From Strigamia acuminata (taxonomy: Eukaryota), in the NCBI GenBank assembly GCA_949358305.1, contig OX442314.1, positions 29,822,001 through 29,886,000 of the forward strand: DNA of 64,000 nucleotides, written 5' to 3'. Made by a program: the position numbers and the translations under genes. The notes under the pieces are model-generated. The model made no database searches, was not told the DNA's origin, and worked only from the letters and a program-made list of their open reading frames with translations. Below are positions 44,605-59,210 of the stretch, one piece after another (the first letter of the stretch is position 1; each line of letters opens with the position of its first letter).

Positions 44605-47600
44605 TAGTATGAAATGGCCCTTGTCGTATACACCGTTATGTCTTTTTAAAAAAGGCAAAAATTTAAACGTACATGTTAAGTATCGTTAAAAAAGACACAA
44701 ATCGTTGTTTTTCCCGGAAAAATGGCAATTTATGCATTTATTTCTAATTTTCGGAATACTTGTATATGCATTTATAGCCAATTTCGGCTTTTTGTTGAAT
44801 AAAAATAATTTCCATGCGCTTATGCGAGAAGAAAGCATCAGGTGTAAAAAGGATAAGAAAAATCCAGGTTGGGAGTAGCTCAGCACAATGCAGGTGCTAG
44901 ACACTGGTGGCTATAATCAGATGGGATCATCTGAAACCGATCCTGCAATAGAAAACTAATTTCTACATAAGTTAGTGTTGTCATAGAGTTTAATCATGTC
45001 CTATTTTGAATTTCTTCCTTTCACTATAACTCCAATTTGAAGCAAATCCTTTCATGAATCTATTCCGATTCAAAATTATTGAGGCGCTTCGTCTGAATAA
45101 TATTTTCTTCTTCCTAGCTTCTTAGTTTTGAATTATCTGATTGAGTTTCCTTTCAAGTTATGAGGTCAACCAATGAAGAGGATGTTTCTCAACTAACTCA
45201 ATAAAGAATAATCCCCTCTTTTGTATCTGCGCATGCTCAGATAACCCACGCAGCATGCGGGCATTAGTACCCAACAGCTTTTCTCCTCATACTCTACCCT
45301 GATGTCAATCATGATAGTCGCCGTATGAACTCTTTCAATGTTTTCATTCATCGTACTAAAACACAATAAAATCATCTGTATACAGTTCTTGCACAAATCT
45401 CTATTTACTAGGCTCAAAGTCAAATATCCTGGTGCTGTGAAACCGTTTGGTAACTGGATTATCAAGTGATGGATCTAATCAGACCACTTTTGCAGAAGAA
45501 ATTGGTCTGCTTTCAGATAATCAATAGAACAACAAACACCCAATCTCATCACCAGGTGTGAAGTGAACACTACTGGATCCTGGTCAACCATGGTCATTTG
45601 CAGTGCAAGGAGCACATTTCTAAAGATTTGAAGTAATCGAAGAAACTGGAGACTTTGTCGCTGTGTTGGCTTCTCAAACTTTCTCTAATCATCATGAAAC
45701 TGTGCTAGAATGCTCTTTGCAGTGCAATTGATAGTTCGATCGACCGTATTTCTCGAAATGGAGGCGCGCTTTTTTGTTTCTAAGGAACGATTTAGGTGCG
45801 CTTTCCCTTTTGGACCGCTTTTGTCAAACCAATAAATAGTTTGAAAATCTTGTAAAATTATCTATGACTTCTTGAGTGTTTGGTACTCCGTTTTCTTTCA
45901 TTGTTAATTTGTGACGCTGCCCTGGCACAGCGCCACCTATGTATTTCGACTATGAATAAACACTTATGCTAATTCTACACTGCCGATTGGTCGCTTCCTG
46001 ACTACATCGAACGATGTCAGCCACATCCATTGCAATCCACTCAAATCAAGCGCACGAAACACAACAACTTCTAGAGCAAGAAATACGTGCCTGGGATTAG
46101 GGGGCCTGCCACGAGTCAATTTTGTACATTGAAAATGATTTAACTATGCAAGTTGATTTTACTGAAATTATTGAACAATTTGCATCGTAAAAATCAGGTT
46201 GCGCTTTGGAGCTTCTATGATCTGCCGCTGTGTTTAGTTGATGCCTGATTAACCCTCGGATGGGCAAGGGAAGACAACACTTTAGTGCACTCACTGCACC
46301 TCTTTTGGTGCATAAAAATTAAATCTGGGAGGATGTAAGTGAGACCACGAACCAAGGATAACGTGGACATGTTTCCGTGTGTTATTTTCTATTGATTCGT
46401 TGTTCTGTGCGTTGATTGGGTGACTGCCAACTAACTTGTAAGCATGTTTGTTACCTGTTTTCATCCCAGAATACAGTGCGGCTACATATCATCTGGCGCC
46501 ATTGGTGGCAAAAACGCACTAAACATGTGGATACGTGTCCATGTTATCGTTTTGCTATATTGGGAGAAGCCAACTTAAAGTTATGCTGGGGTTTCAAAGA
46601 GACAGAAATTTAATGTTGAATAAATAATTGTCTAAACGAAGGCAGAAACCCAAATAAAAGTTTTCATATTCAAGAACACAGTTGCACCATGGAGGGTTAA
46701 TTGGCACCAGTCTAAATTTGTGTCGGAGTAAATTCTTTGCGGCTTTTAGTATTTGGTGACTAGAATCTTCAATTTACCAACCGTATGCACAGGATTGGTG
46801 ACAAAACTGAGAATTTACCACTCTATTTTCTGCCCACTTTGTTCTGTGGGTCCTTTGGGCATTTCAGGTCTTTTCTGCATTTTTGGATTGGACTTTCTCG
46901 CACTTTGGTCCTTGGCACATTTCAGGGGCTTTTGCTCTCTTGGGAATTTTCTACACTTTGGTGCAATTGCATTTCTAGGTGCAAGACAAATCATTGCAGA
47001 TAGAATGCCTTGACAATAATTCATGTACCTTGGGAAGGTAAAAAATGTCTTTGTTTACAATGTCAAATGCTCATTGAAGAATCAGTTGATCTAAAATATT
47101 CATGATCAATCATGAATTTAAAAAAATCTATTGATTTTCCAGCCAATAAAAAATATTGGCAACTTTTCCTGCATAGCAGAGCAACAACAACCAACTGAGT
47201 TTATGGTTGGTGGTGCTTGTTTTCTTTGGAAATAATCGGATAATTACATGTTTAGGTGGGTCAAATTCTGCAGGAAAATGGTTTATTTTATACTTGGTTA
47301 TTACTTTAACCTAACATTTTGATCAACAATCTTCTTGGTAAATTGCAAACCAGCTGCAAATACATTTTGCACCTGATTGCCAGACAAAGTGAACAGCTGC
47401 CTCAATCTGTTCCCAATAATCAATATGAGAGGAAAAGTATTGAAGGGTTCTTTCAGAACTATTGAGAAAAAAGGAGAAGTTGAACTGAAAATGGCAAAAA
47501 AAATAAGCTAAATGTGGTGTTTTAATTTATATAATTGAGAAATTAATCTTTTGTAGGAAGTTTGAGGGAGGGTGGAGGGCAGTGGAGTGTCAAGATTAAA

Positions 47601-47720
47601 AAGTCTCTTGTTTTTAGATGATTGGATTGTAATTGGTAGACTTTTCTTAAGTTTTTAAGCTTTTTTATTTTAATTTTATGGTTTTTACTGGTTGTATGTT
47701 ATTGAATTCTTAGTTTGATT

Positions 47721-47880
47721 ATTTTTCAAAAATATTCAGAAAACAAATTAAAATTTTTTAAAAAGTTTAAAAAACTTTAAAATTTTCAAAAATATTCAGA
47801 AAACAAATTAAAATTTTTTAAAAACTTTTTAAAGTTTTAAAAAATTTTAATTTGTTTTCTGAATATTTTTGAAAATTTTT
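47721..47880. repeat. AT-rich direct plus inverted repeat (two forward copies and one reverse copy of a ~40-bp unit)
   Basis: TTTTCAAAAATATTCAGAAAACAAATTAAAATTTTTTAAAA twice, then its reverse complement. Confidence 0.8.
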
Positions 47881-49199
47881 TGAAAATTTTTATTTAAAAG
47901 AAAAATACCATCCTACAGTTAAGGGACTCACTGAATGTTTGATAACTCAAAAGATGAAGAAGAATTTCATGGATTTCTAAGATTATTTTGAAATTTTATA
48001 AGATTCTTTTGAATTTCTGAGGTTTATTTTGAATTTCTTAGGATTCTTTTACGAATTTGCTACTTTTATGGATTTTTTTTGGAATTTCTTACAATTAATT
48101 TATGAATTTTTAAAGAAAAATTTAAATTCTTTTCAGATTTTCTCAATTTTTTATTTTATTTTAATTTTTTAAACTTACTTGAACTCTCTATAGATTTAGA
48201 TTATCTCCTGATTTTTATTTTTAAACTCCCTTGTGAAATTCTTTAGAACTTTTCATGAATTTTTATGAATTAGATTTTTATCCCCATCCCGGATTTCCAC
48301 GAAGTGTAATTACCGTGTTGCTACCACCATAAACTGGCCGTCGGTAGGATTCCACAGCTTTTTGGATTACAGAGAGAGATTTAAGTATTAGTATATATAT
48401 GTGTGTATATATATATATATATTTCCAGGCTCTGGGTCTCTGCATTGCCCGGATTTCTGTATATAATACCCCATCTGTACTGACTTCGCTTCACTGTATA
48501 ACCCATCTTCACAATCCCAGTGTCTGTCTGCTATTATAAACCAAACTTGTTTTGTGCACAAGTTTGAAACCTCGACCGAGTCAAATTATACAGTTAATTA
48601 TTATTGGAATCCACTAATGGTTTGTTAATCTAAATTTAAAACTAATTTGCCAAGATTAATGTAACATGTAGTTGGCAGTTCAGCACATATGTCATTAGCA
48701 TTAGTGGAATATCAAATTAGAGAAATTTATTTTTTTTATTTTATTTTTTTTTTATTTTTTATTTTTTTCTTGGAACATTAATTCCTAATTTTAAAATTGT
48801 TATTGCCAAGAGTTAAATTTCATGTTGATTCCAACAGAATCAAAACATGTTTGGGATTTACAGTTTTAATATTTATTTGTTTATTTTTCTGGGAAGTGAA
48901 ATATTGAAATGGCAATGTGGATTGTTGATTTCAGCTGTGCAGTTGGATGATATTGCACAAATATAAAATGCAGGGGAATTTAAAATTGATGTTTACATTA
49001 TAATAAATAAAATAAAAATAAAATTGGCTGCTTGTACGGTCGTAGTTGTAAGAGAGGATCAAAATAATTGTTTTGACTTTGTTCAGTGAATTGAAAACAG
49101 AAAATCGAATTTTCTATGTGGATTTTCAGAATATATGAGAGCACATTAATAAAAAAAAAACTATTATTTTTGTATAAATATGGTGGCCATGATGTTAAC

Positions 49200-49620
49200 A
49201 ATTGAATAACTCGAGGCGCCATCTGGTGCCGAGTAAAAAATGTAAATCAAGATGGCCGTAGGTTGCCTTCGCGCCGACTGAAATAACTGCTTTTAGTAAA
49301 GTAAATGGAAGATAATATTTTGCGAATGTGTAATTTAGTGAAGTGGAATGTAAATCTACACGGGTTGGTGCAGCTCGACTGGAAGGGATTAGTCGGGTAA
49401 GTTGAAATAATTAAGGAATGTTCGCAACCCGAACAAGCGTGAAGGAAAAGAACTCGTATTTCTCACCACAGACTTTTTGCGAAAACGTATCGCCGTAAAT
49501 TTGGAACGAAAGGAAGAAGTGCGAAACATAATTTACAGACCAAATCCAGCCAACCAGCGATGACGGACACGAGTTAAAAGGGCCGTAACGTCTCGCATCC
49601 TCGGGGAATGAGTAAAAACG
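49200..49620. promoter_or_regulatory. CpG-rich candidate promoter/insulator
   Basis: Locally high CpG; CTCF-like GCGCCATCTGGTGC (49216-49229) and YY1-like CAAGATGGCC (49248-49257). Confidence 0.35.
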
Positions 49621-51364
49621 GGATTGAAATGGTGACTTAAAAGCTACTAAAGTAAAAATTTAATCATAACTTGCGGTTATACTGTACTAACATTTAAAAA
49701 TTTATCACAGCAGATTTTGATTAGTTTCATCATGTGACGGTCATAAAAGGTGAAATTAAATGATGTAACTTATCATTAGGTGAGTTTGAAATTGAAAAGG
49801 AGAAGTTATGACATTGTGTGGTCTTTATCAGAGTAAGCCTAGGGATGGATCAACCCAATAATGGACGCACGATCATGTAATAAGCAAATAGGGACACCGT
49901 ATTAATGGTTTTAGGTCTTTAATCGTTGTTTTGAGGTTGGTTACTCACGTGCTGGGCTATACCTGAAGGCACAACACACAGCAACCGACCATAGGGTTTT
50001 AATAAGTAACTTCATATACGGTCTTTTCTGCGCAATTTTGATTTAACAAGGTCTAGAAAAATAAATTCAATTCTATTTTCACACGATTTCTGTTGATGGT
50101 AAAAGCACGGTAAAAAAATTGCCTTTTAAAATTTGATTTAATTTTAATGAAAAATATTTCATTAATTGTAATTTTCTACGAAATATTTAGAGAATTTCCC
50201 TTGTTTTTTTTTTGCACGTTGCTTTTTTCTGGAACGTATCTATAAGACTTAGCGTAAAAACAAAATTGGGTGTACAATGTGGTATGCTTAACACTGTTCT
50301 GCTGTACTCACCTAAGGTTTGTTAGGCTGCTCATGGAGGATGTATTGGGTCCAACATCACACTACTGCTTGTTGCAGTGGTGAACAGGAAGAAGGCGGGT
50401 CTTCTGCAAAGCATGAGTGTTTTCGCTGGTATCCTCAACTCAACTCTTTCTTCCTGCATTAATCAGCCCTTCCTCCCTAAGGAGGCAGGCACCTCTTACA
50501 AAGAGCCTTCATGAGTGTTCAAATATAAGCTGAACTTGTAGACTCGTTCCTACACATTGATGATAATGTGTAAAACACACGGGCGCCACCCCGGGTGGCA
50601 TTTTTTCCCTAAAGACGCATTTTTAGGTCCAAAAATGGACTTTTTGGTTCGAAATTTATTTTTCACAAAAATGCTTACTCGTAGTTTTTTTGGAGGAGGC
50701 GTGGCAGTGGGGTGCCAGCATGCGCAAAAAACACGAGTGCACTACAAGTATACCCTAGGAACTGGCCTGTGTAATTGTAAATGTAAAAATGATTTTTTTA
50801 AAATTACGACAAGGGGCAAGGGGCACCTGATTTTTTTTAAGCCCAGGCCGCTGAAAGACGGCCCTGGGTAGGCCAGGCGATCACAATTACTAGACCCTAC
50901 TGTGAACACTAATGTGAATACTAGATTAAGTTGCTTCCTGACTAGTACTGCATTGAGCTTATTTCAATTGCTAGGGATCTGTTTGCATGTTGAAGCAGGA
51001 ATTGGCATCAACGTCAAGAATTTTTGGATGCAAGCAGCTTGCGTTCCGTTTAGTACGAACACAAGTGTTAACCTAGCTTTAAGAGATTTTTTTTAATCCT
51101 ATTGTTTGTTATCTTTGAACAGCAAACAGCGTTATAATTAGGATTATTATACGAGGTCACTTTTGTTTATCTGTGGCATCAAGAAAATTATTCATCGACC
51201 TTTTCTTGTTTGCCGATCAGTTATCGTTAGTGTTAGTGTATTTTAAGTGTTAGCCCAAGACAATTCCTTCTCTTCTAATGTGGCTCGGGGAAGCGAAGAT
51301 GTTGGACATCCCGGATATGATGTAAAAAACAATATCGCTTGCAAAAGAAAAGTGCCAAGAGGTA

Positions 51365-51852
51365 GATTTGTACCTGTTTCGCCGAATCCTGTTTCGCCGA
51401 ATCCCGTTTCGCCGAATCCCGAATTCCCGTTTCGCCGAATCTCGAATTCCCGTTTCGCCGAATCAGGAAAAAGTGAGTAATTGATCAGTTTTTCTATTTT
51501 TTTGTTTTTCCACATTTCCACACATTTCCACACAATTCAACCTAACCTAACCTAACCTAACCTAACCTAGGTTTACCTAACCTAACCTAACCAATTTCCA
51601 CACAATTCATAAGAAGGGCTAACAAGGGGGGGCTGCGCCCCCCTTGACTCCTCGCGAACCTAACCTTACTGGTTTTTTGATGCAAAACCTTTTTTTGTGT
51701 GGAAATGTGGAAACGAAAAATTCGAAAAATTGATCGATTACTCACTTTTTCCTGATTCGGCGAAACGGGAATTCGAGATTCGGCGAAACGGGAATTCGGG
51801 ATTCGGCGAAACGGGATTCGGCGAAACAGGATTCGGCGAAACAGGACATTAC
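51365..51852. mobile_element. Mutator-like fold-back MITE with TTTCGCCGAATC subrepeats and an internal (AACCT)n tract
   Basis: ~150-bp inverted arms, G...C termini, 9-bp duplication CAAGAGGTA (51356-51364 and 51853-51861). Confidence 0.85.
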
Positions 51853-53476
51853 CAAGAGGTACAGTGATAATACTTGTATAGCCTTGCAGCTTATAGCTTT
51901 GTCTGTATTATTACCTGTGATGTCTGGTGTTTCACCTAGTGGCAAAACACGAAATTACTCACAATATCAATTGCCAGCATAGAGTGAGGGTCCAGTTTTT
52001 TTTACCACAACCGTACATTTTCGTTCCGACAGAAAAGAAACGAATAGATTTCACTTTTCTTTTCGAAATGGAACAAACTCATCACGAACGATACTTTCGA
52101 TCCATCTTCGAGTATTGTGGAAGGGACACCAAAATATCTCTAAGTGCTCACAGCTCCCAAAGACCGAAATCCGGCTCTGAGCTTCTCCCACATCGGTAGC
52201 CAAAACCTCACTCTCCCCTGAATGTTAAAAAAGCGAAAATCAACAGCTTGTATTCGGTCATCCACACAAGAGTCGTTGAATTATCCTTGAACAACTCCAA
52301 ATTATCCCCAACCGACGCAACACTTGTGATATGTGGATTACAAATTCCAATGTTGTTCAATACTTGAAAAAGTTGTTTGTGTTGCCACTTGACTGTTTTT
52401 TCCTAATGTCACTTTCTCTACTCTTTTCCCACACCCCCCCCCCCCTCCTTCAATGAGTTCCAGTTTGTTGGAGGCTACGCGAACAGCTGGTTGGCCAATA
52501 GACGATTGGCAAATCTGAGTCGTGTATAAATCAATGGTTGTGCTCAGCCAACAAGGCAATGGCGCTTCCTGCTGTGTCTTGATGGCTCTCCTCGGGGCCT
52601 CGTATCTTCACTCTCTTGGATGTGTCTTGGTTTTTTATGGCTTCCTTAAAGGCGAGATTGGAAAGTTCTAGGCCTTATAACACCCGGCTTTAATTGAAAA
52701 AAAAATAATGGCTTCCTTGTCTTCTGAACACTTTAAATTATTGTGTGACTGGAATAAATTGCGCCAAGTTTATAATAGAAATTTCTTGTTGTATTTAAAA
52801 CTTCCATCTCTTATCTGTTGTGTGTGGTTTTCCATGTCTCATTACTGCTTTGATTAAAGATTTTTTTTTTTTGGAGATTTTGAGATATCCCAATGGAGGA
52901 GAGGAAATCAGTTTGGTACATGTGAAGAATGGCAAGAATAAGATGGAGAAGAAGTAGTGTTTTTTTTTATGCTCAATGGTGTAATTCTGCATTGTTTTGA
53001 AGGGAAATGATGTTGGAGTTCATTAAATAACTTTATACATTCGGAGTCACACGTGTGTGTTTTGTTTCACTTAGTTGCAAATGGTTGCACTGTATTGAAA
53101 AATTCAGCTATTTGCATTCAATGTGCACGGAATAACCATTGAGCTCAGTGGGGCGGTCGGAACTCATACTTGTGCTGCACGTATAATTGCTTTCCTACTT
53201 GTACCATGGGGATTGAGAAATGTTATTTTGTTTGAATTTTTAAATAAACAATTTGTTGTCAGAAATGCACATTGTGGGATATTAGAGGCAATATTTTTTG
53301 AGCTTTTTGTCTTTTGGAGATTTTTGGGTGTTTGGAAGACGGTTTTCAAATTACGATATCCAGGTTTTGATATTCAGTTTTTAATTTAAACAGTAAATAC
53401 AATCTTTACATTATATTTACTTGACTTTCTTGTATAATTAATATGAAATTTTAAGCAGTGTTAAGTCCCCTACCTA

Positions 53477-53680
53477 CAGTCCGCGACAAAAAAGATAAGT
53501 GCACTCTGTTTTTTCAAAGTTTTTCCGCACTGTGCACATGCAGAAAGCTGAAATTTTAATCAAAAGTGTAAAATTGTGATACAAACAAACACTGAAACAT
53601 TTGGGCGAATTGAAAAACAAACACAAAATTTATTACGTAAAAATGAAAATCGGGGTGCGACAAAATTATAAGTGCACTAC
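53477..53680. mobile_element. Solo end of an IR/DR-type Tc1 transposon
   Basis: TA|CAGTCCGCGACAAAAAAGATAAGTGCACT with an inner direct repeat GCGACAAAATTATAAGTGCACT at 53657-53678; no partner end found. Confidence 0.6.
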
Positions 53681-56600
53681 AATCTAACGTAACACTAAGC
53701 TAAATAATTAAGACAATGAACTTGCTTGTATGGATGGTGATAAATAAGTGATGTAGGGTGAAAATTGTTGAATCAGATTTTGAAATTGTCCATTTTTAAA
53801 GTCTCCACATCAGTCTGAATTTGCCGACCCTTAAATTCAGGAAATATGGAATTTTGTTGTAATAATGCATTTCAGAAAACAATGTTAAAGGGTGACGTTT
53901 CCAAAAAGGGTGGGAGTATAACATCACTTATTTGTTATTTATACAATTAGTATTTTACGTCATATCTTCGTAAAATTTGCAATTCTTGTACTTTGCTTAA
54001 CTGTTCCTTAGAATTATTCAGCCTTAAATAAACTCATTAGTTGCTTCATCTTCACAAGTCTTGGTTCTCACAGGCAGTCCAATATTTGGTTACCAAAAAA
54101 TCGCAAGTCAGATAATAATCGCGTGCATTGAAAAATAATTACAAGTAATGAATTTGTTATTGTCATCGGTTTTTTTGTGTGTGACATTTTTTGTGGAACA
54201 AAAAATGGGGGAAGAGATAGTTAGACGTCGATCCGGTTCTGAACGTTTTTCTTGCTCTTTGTTTTCATTATCTAGTGTTGTAGGGAAAAAAAACGCAAAA
54301 AGTGCAGCACAAAAGAACTAGACGCCCACTCACCAATTCTTGTCACTCACAATCCATACTCACTCGTAGCGATTTTATTCTTCTGTGATTTTTTTCGCAG
54401 AGATATTTAGTGCAAAATTTGCACATTTTGCAAATGCTAATTTTAAATGTGCTTGACTCAAATCATTTAATTTACTCACACTTAGGTAATTTGAAAAGTA
54501 CCTGCATTTATGTGATACTTCTTTTTCCACGCCCTCCATATTGATTATTCAATGAGAAACATTTTGTCTTTTTTTATCATTTTGTTTTGTTTTTGAGTCT
54601 GCTTTGTTTGTCCCATACATGTCTTGTTTATCAGTTAGGCTTTCCTGTGTTTTACTAGTGCACTACTGGCAGTGACATTGTGTCATCTTCCAATATAGCG
54701 AGTGTTCATGTTGCAGCACTTATATCTTCACTGCAAAATACTCAGTTGTGTTAGTAACAGCAGCATCTGACGATGATTTCAGACTGGGTTTTGATTGAAA
54801 TGATTTAAACCAGACTAAATTCAACAATTGCAGCTCCTCCATGAGATAAACCATTGCAACATTACATTTATAACATTGGAAACAGTCGAATCTCTGTATA
54901 ACGAACCGTGATGAAACGAATACGTAAAAATCACTTGGTTGGTTGGCTATAGAAGACGATGTTAAAAAATTTTGATATAATGAAATTTTGTTATAACTAT
55001 GCATTTATTTTCTTATTTTTGGAAAATATGCCCTACTTTCTAGTGTGTGATAATATTCTAGGTGATTTGGTTTTAGCAATCAGCACCATCTATTGACCAA
55101 AACATGTCAAAATAATAAGGTAGGCTAGCCCTTTAATAGCCAATTTCGGCTTTTTATTGAATAAAAATAATTCCTATGCATTTGTGCATTTATCCGGGCC
55201 CTAGTTATAACAAACCGATTTTTCGGGTCTCTGGCGATTTGTCATAATGAGGCTTGACTGTATTTCACTTACGAATGCTGCTGAAATGCCGTTAAAAATG
55301 CCGGTAGTCTGGTCATACCTGCGCTTAGGTGGCATGCTGCTTAAAGCCGGGTAATATGGTATTTTTATTGTGGGCAGAGCAAAAGTGCATTGTATCATAA
55401 TTTTCCAAAGGTCTATTGTTGTTCTTGGTCTATGTCACTCTTGTGGCTGCAGCGCCAGCTATGGCGCCCTTATCTGATAAAATGAAACCAAATTTACATT
55501 CAAAAATTGGAATTTAAACAAGCAGTTCAACGTTAAAGATTGCTGTGATGACTAACCAACTTGTGGTTGACTCTTTAGTAACCACAACAAGAATAACAAT
55601 TATTATTTGCTAATCAGTATTCAACAATGATTTGGTTTTCGGCAGATTTAGTATTCTGCAACCACAGTATGCACCCATATCTTGATGCCAAATTTAAACT
55701 CTAAATTCCATTTTTTTACACAGGAAAACGGAAAATTCTAAAATTGTATATTGCAAACAAGTGTGTAGTGCCCTCACCTGTTAATATTTCTAAAAAAAAA
55801 AACATGTATTTGTTGTTTGTGTGTGCAAAGACAGGGGTTTCTCAGTTTGATTTTGGCATCAAGATACCAGGCGAGACTATACTTGTCACCGGAAGACATG
55901 CGTGTTGGGTAATTGATGGAAATTCAGTCAATAAATTTCCTTGTGACATCTTGTGGAATATCGTGCCAATGCGGCATTTCTTCCCATATGGTTAAAAAAT
56001 ATAGGGTTTTCACAAAGTCTTTAGACAATTCTGAATGATCTAAATGACGATCCGAGCTTTTATTCTTGAGATATTTGCGTTTTTATCAATTTTTGTCCCA
56101 AGTCACCAAGTTTGATTGCAGCAGTCATTTTTGAATTTTAGATTTTGTAGTACTTTTGTGGATTTCTTCAGCGATACCGGTACCGGTACAGCCACACAGT
56201 ATTTACTTAATTCTTAATACTTAATTCCGCGAAATGCTATATCTTTTGGGTGTATAGGGAAGTTATCCGATATTCAGTGGTATTGCTTTGTTTGTCAATA
56301 ATTGGTCACAATTTGGAATACAAGATGTTGGTCCTTTCTTTGTTTTCTATTTTGGAAGAAGAAATTGTTGCTTCAGCATGATCGTCTTCTGTTGTCAAGA
56401 GTAGCATTTCCCTGAAGGCAGGTTTGCTTTCTTCAGTCCAACCATGCTTTTCTTCGATCAATCGATCTCATCTCTGCTAATGCACTTCTGCTCCATTGGA
56501 CCAAATGTGGGGCAGATCTGATGAAACGGTCTGAGCTGTAATCGTGAGACAAATGTAATTGAACTCGAGTGTAACACGTTCGCGGATTGGATTAGACGTT

Positions 56601-57662
56601 TCAAAAACACGCGCCTTGAATTATTAGTAAATTTCTGTTTATGAATCATTGTTGGGTCATTTATCTCATTCTTTGGCACTTGGTTCAGTCTGTGCATGGA
56701 GGTTAAAGTCGAGCTGCTCTAATGTACGTGATAGTTTTATTAATGAATTTTTTCTTTCTTAAACAATATATTAATTAGTTGCGAGTAACTGCTCTTCTTT
56801 TATTAAAGATTAACAGTGATTTTTTTTTTAAATAAGTTTTAAATTAAAAATTAATAATAGATTTATGAAATTAAAAAATCATAATGAGTTGACACTGTAG
56901 AATTAAAAAAGCATAGAAAACAGGCAGTCAGAATTTGATAAGAGTTGAAAAAGCCAATCATAACACAGCGGATATTAAAAGATTAAAGGAGTCTTCTTCC
57001 TTCCTAAAGGTGGATTAAAACAGCATTTTGGAAGTATTTATTTTAACGTTCATTATAATTATTATTTTAATTTTTGTTGGTCCATTATGTCAGTTTTAAG
57101 CAATAGATTAAAGTTTAAGTTTTTAAGCCTTTTTTGTTGGTTAGTTTATTTCTTGCATTGTTGCAGGGTGATGTCTCTCTCAGTCTCATATCATTGTTGT
57201 TGACAGAAAATATGGAAAAAGGCTTAAAACTGATATTTCTATCAAGATCTGTACGTCAATTGGAGTTTTGGGTGCCTCAAGTGGCAGAGGCACTAACTGG
57301 CAATTGGGGAATTTGATTTCAACTTTCTGGGTTGATTGTTTTTTTCCAATTACAGGGTTGCAGTTATTTTCGTCCGCTGTTAGAGGTGACTAATGCTTGC
57401 ATTTAATATAATGACAGTTGATCGAGACTAGTCACGATTTTTTTTGTGCCCATTTATTTTTTTGCAGTTTTCTCTATATCTTAATGCCAAATCCAAACTG
57501 CACATCACATTCTGCGCATGCATTTACTATGGCTATTGTCAAGCTTGTTGTCCATCAAAAGGCCTATGGCTCGAGTTGTTTGTTTGTAAGTTTAAGAGTG
57601 CCATTAATGTCATTAACATCATTTTATTAATTATCAAAAGAAGGTGCGAATTGATGTTTTTA

Positions 57663-58068
57663 AGCTAGGTTCACACTTGTGTTCACACTAGGGGCGACGC
57701 AACGCAACGAAAGGAAAAATTAATCAAACACAACGCAGAGTCTGTTCACACTGTAGGGCACGTGTGAACAGAGCTGAAACAATTGATGTTGCGTCTGGCC
57801 AATCAGATGGTTTCAATGAAATCTGGAATTGGATCTAGTGTTAGAACTAGTTCCAGAATCCGAAAATGGCGACCTCTGCGCATGTGGCAAAGTCTCGCCA
57901 ACCAGACGTGAATCGACGAGAGTTGGAGTGATTGGTTGGCCGCAAGACCTCTCCTTGGAGTTGAAGCAGGAATTGGCGTCAACGTCAAGAATTTTTGGAC
58001 GCAAGCAGTTTGCGTTGCGTCAGTTTTCTTGCGTTGCGTCTAGTGTGAACACAAGTGTGAACCTAGCT
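57663..58068. mobile_element. PIF/Harbinger-like MITE (degenerate partial copy at ~50990-51078)
   Basis: AGCTAGGTTCACACTTGTGTTCACACTAG...CTAGTGTGAACACAAGTGTGAACCTAGCT; flanks TTA/TCA. Confidence 0.8.
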
Positions 58069-58741
58069 TCATAGAATGAAATGCGCCATTTGAATTTGGA
58101 ATCAAGTTACCGGGTGAGAATTGTAAGGCCTGGATTCTTAGATAGTAAATAAGCAATTGAATGGTTTCTCAAGGAATCGATTCTAAGCTGCTTTTACTAG
58201 GGCTTAATATACTTTGAAGGAATCCTGGGAATCAAATCACATTAAGTCACTATCCTATTGAGAACTCCCAACCAAACCACAAATAAAAAGCTTTTAACAG
58301 CCGTAGGAGTTAGACATGCCGACGAAGAAGAACCCTGCAAGACGACATTGTATATTGATTGATACCTGCAACTTTACAATACAGTCACTATCCGCATAAA
58401 TGTTTATGCATGCAACGGGCTCCGGAGCCAAAAATATGAGAAGCATTGGATTAGCCTAATTTGGGCTTGAGATTCGGATTAGAGGTTCGAATGAGATTAT
58501 AAGAAGTTAGATTTGACCGGTTATAGCCTGGAATTCTTGCTGTCTTTTAACGGGTTTAGCGGAGTATGAGATGAGAGTAATGGTGATGGGATGATAAGAA
58601 ACTAATTGACCTATAGGGTCATATTGCATCATCAGAGTGACCCATGGACCTGTTGTGGAATGGCAATTGACCGATAATTTTGACCGTGCAATATGCTCTA
58701 TTTCTTATGGCGTTCCCAAGAGTAAGAGAGAGGGAATGGGG

Positions 58742-59117
58742 CAAGGTTACTAGAATACTATAAGGTTGCGCCACTTGGAGAAAAAAGCTAACAATTTTGC
58801 GCATTGATCTGCGCACAACGTCACTGGAGGGGCCTTGCTGTCACACATTATAATCTGTGTTGCTGTATGACCGGCCATTCATGTCGTCAAATTACTGCAC
58901 AGATTTTTAAATTAAATTAAGTTTAATTTAATTCACACGCATGAAATTAGTCTCAATTCTATTTTATTTTATGTTAACTTAAAATTCGAGTATTAACTTG
59001 AGTAGTTAATACCGAATTAAATAACCCTAACAATCTGATATTACATACCAGTATATTTTAAAACTTTTACATACGTTGCTAGTCCCTTTGATGACGAAAC
59101 GCTTTTCGACCAATGAC
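58742..59117. repeat. Dispersed repeat, second copy at ~62250-62587
   Basis: Shared AAGGYTACTAGAATACTATAAGGTTGCGC...CGCTTTTCGACCAATGACG. Confidence 0.85.
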
Positions 59118-59210
59118 GGCAAAGTATCCAAGTGGCACCCACCTGGGAATGGGGTTTACCGACAAAGTTGCATCAACGTAGACCCATATGGTTCAAAGAT
59201 GTATTTTATA

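Noticed and set aside
52250..52430. Possible decayed LINE RT C-terminal fragment on the minus strand
   Set aside because: The similarity needs several frameshifts and cannot be supported by eye
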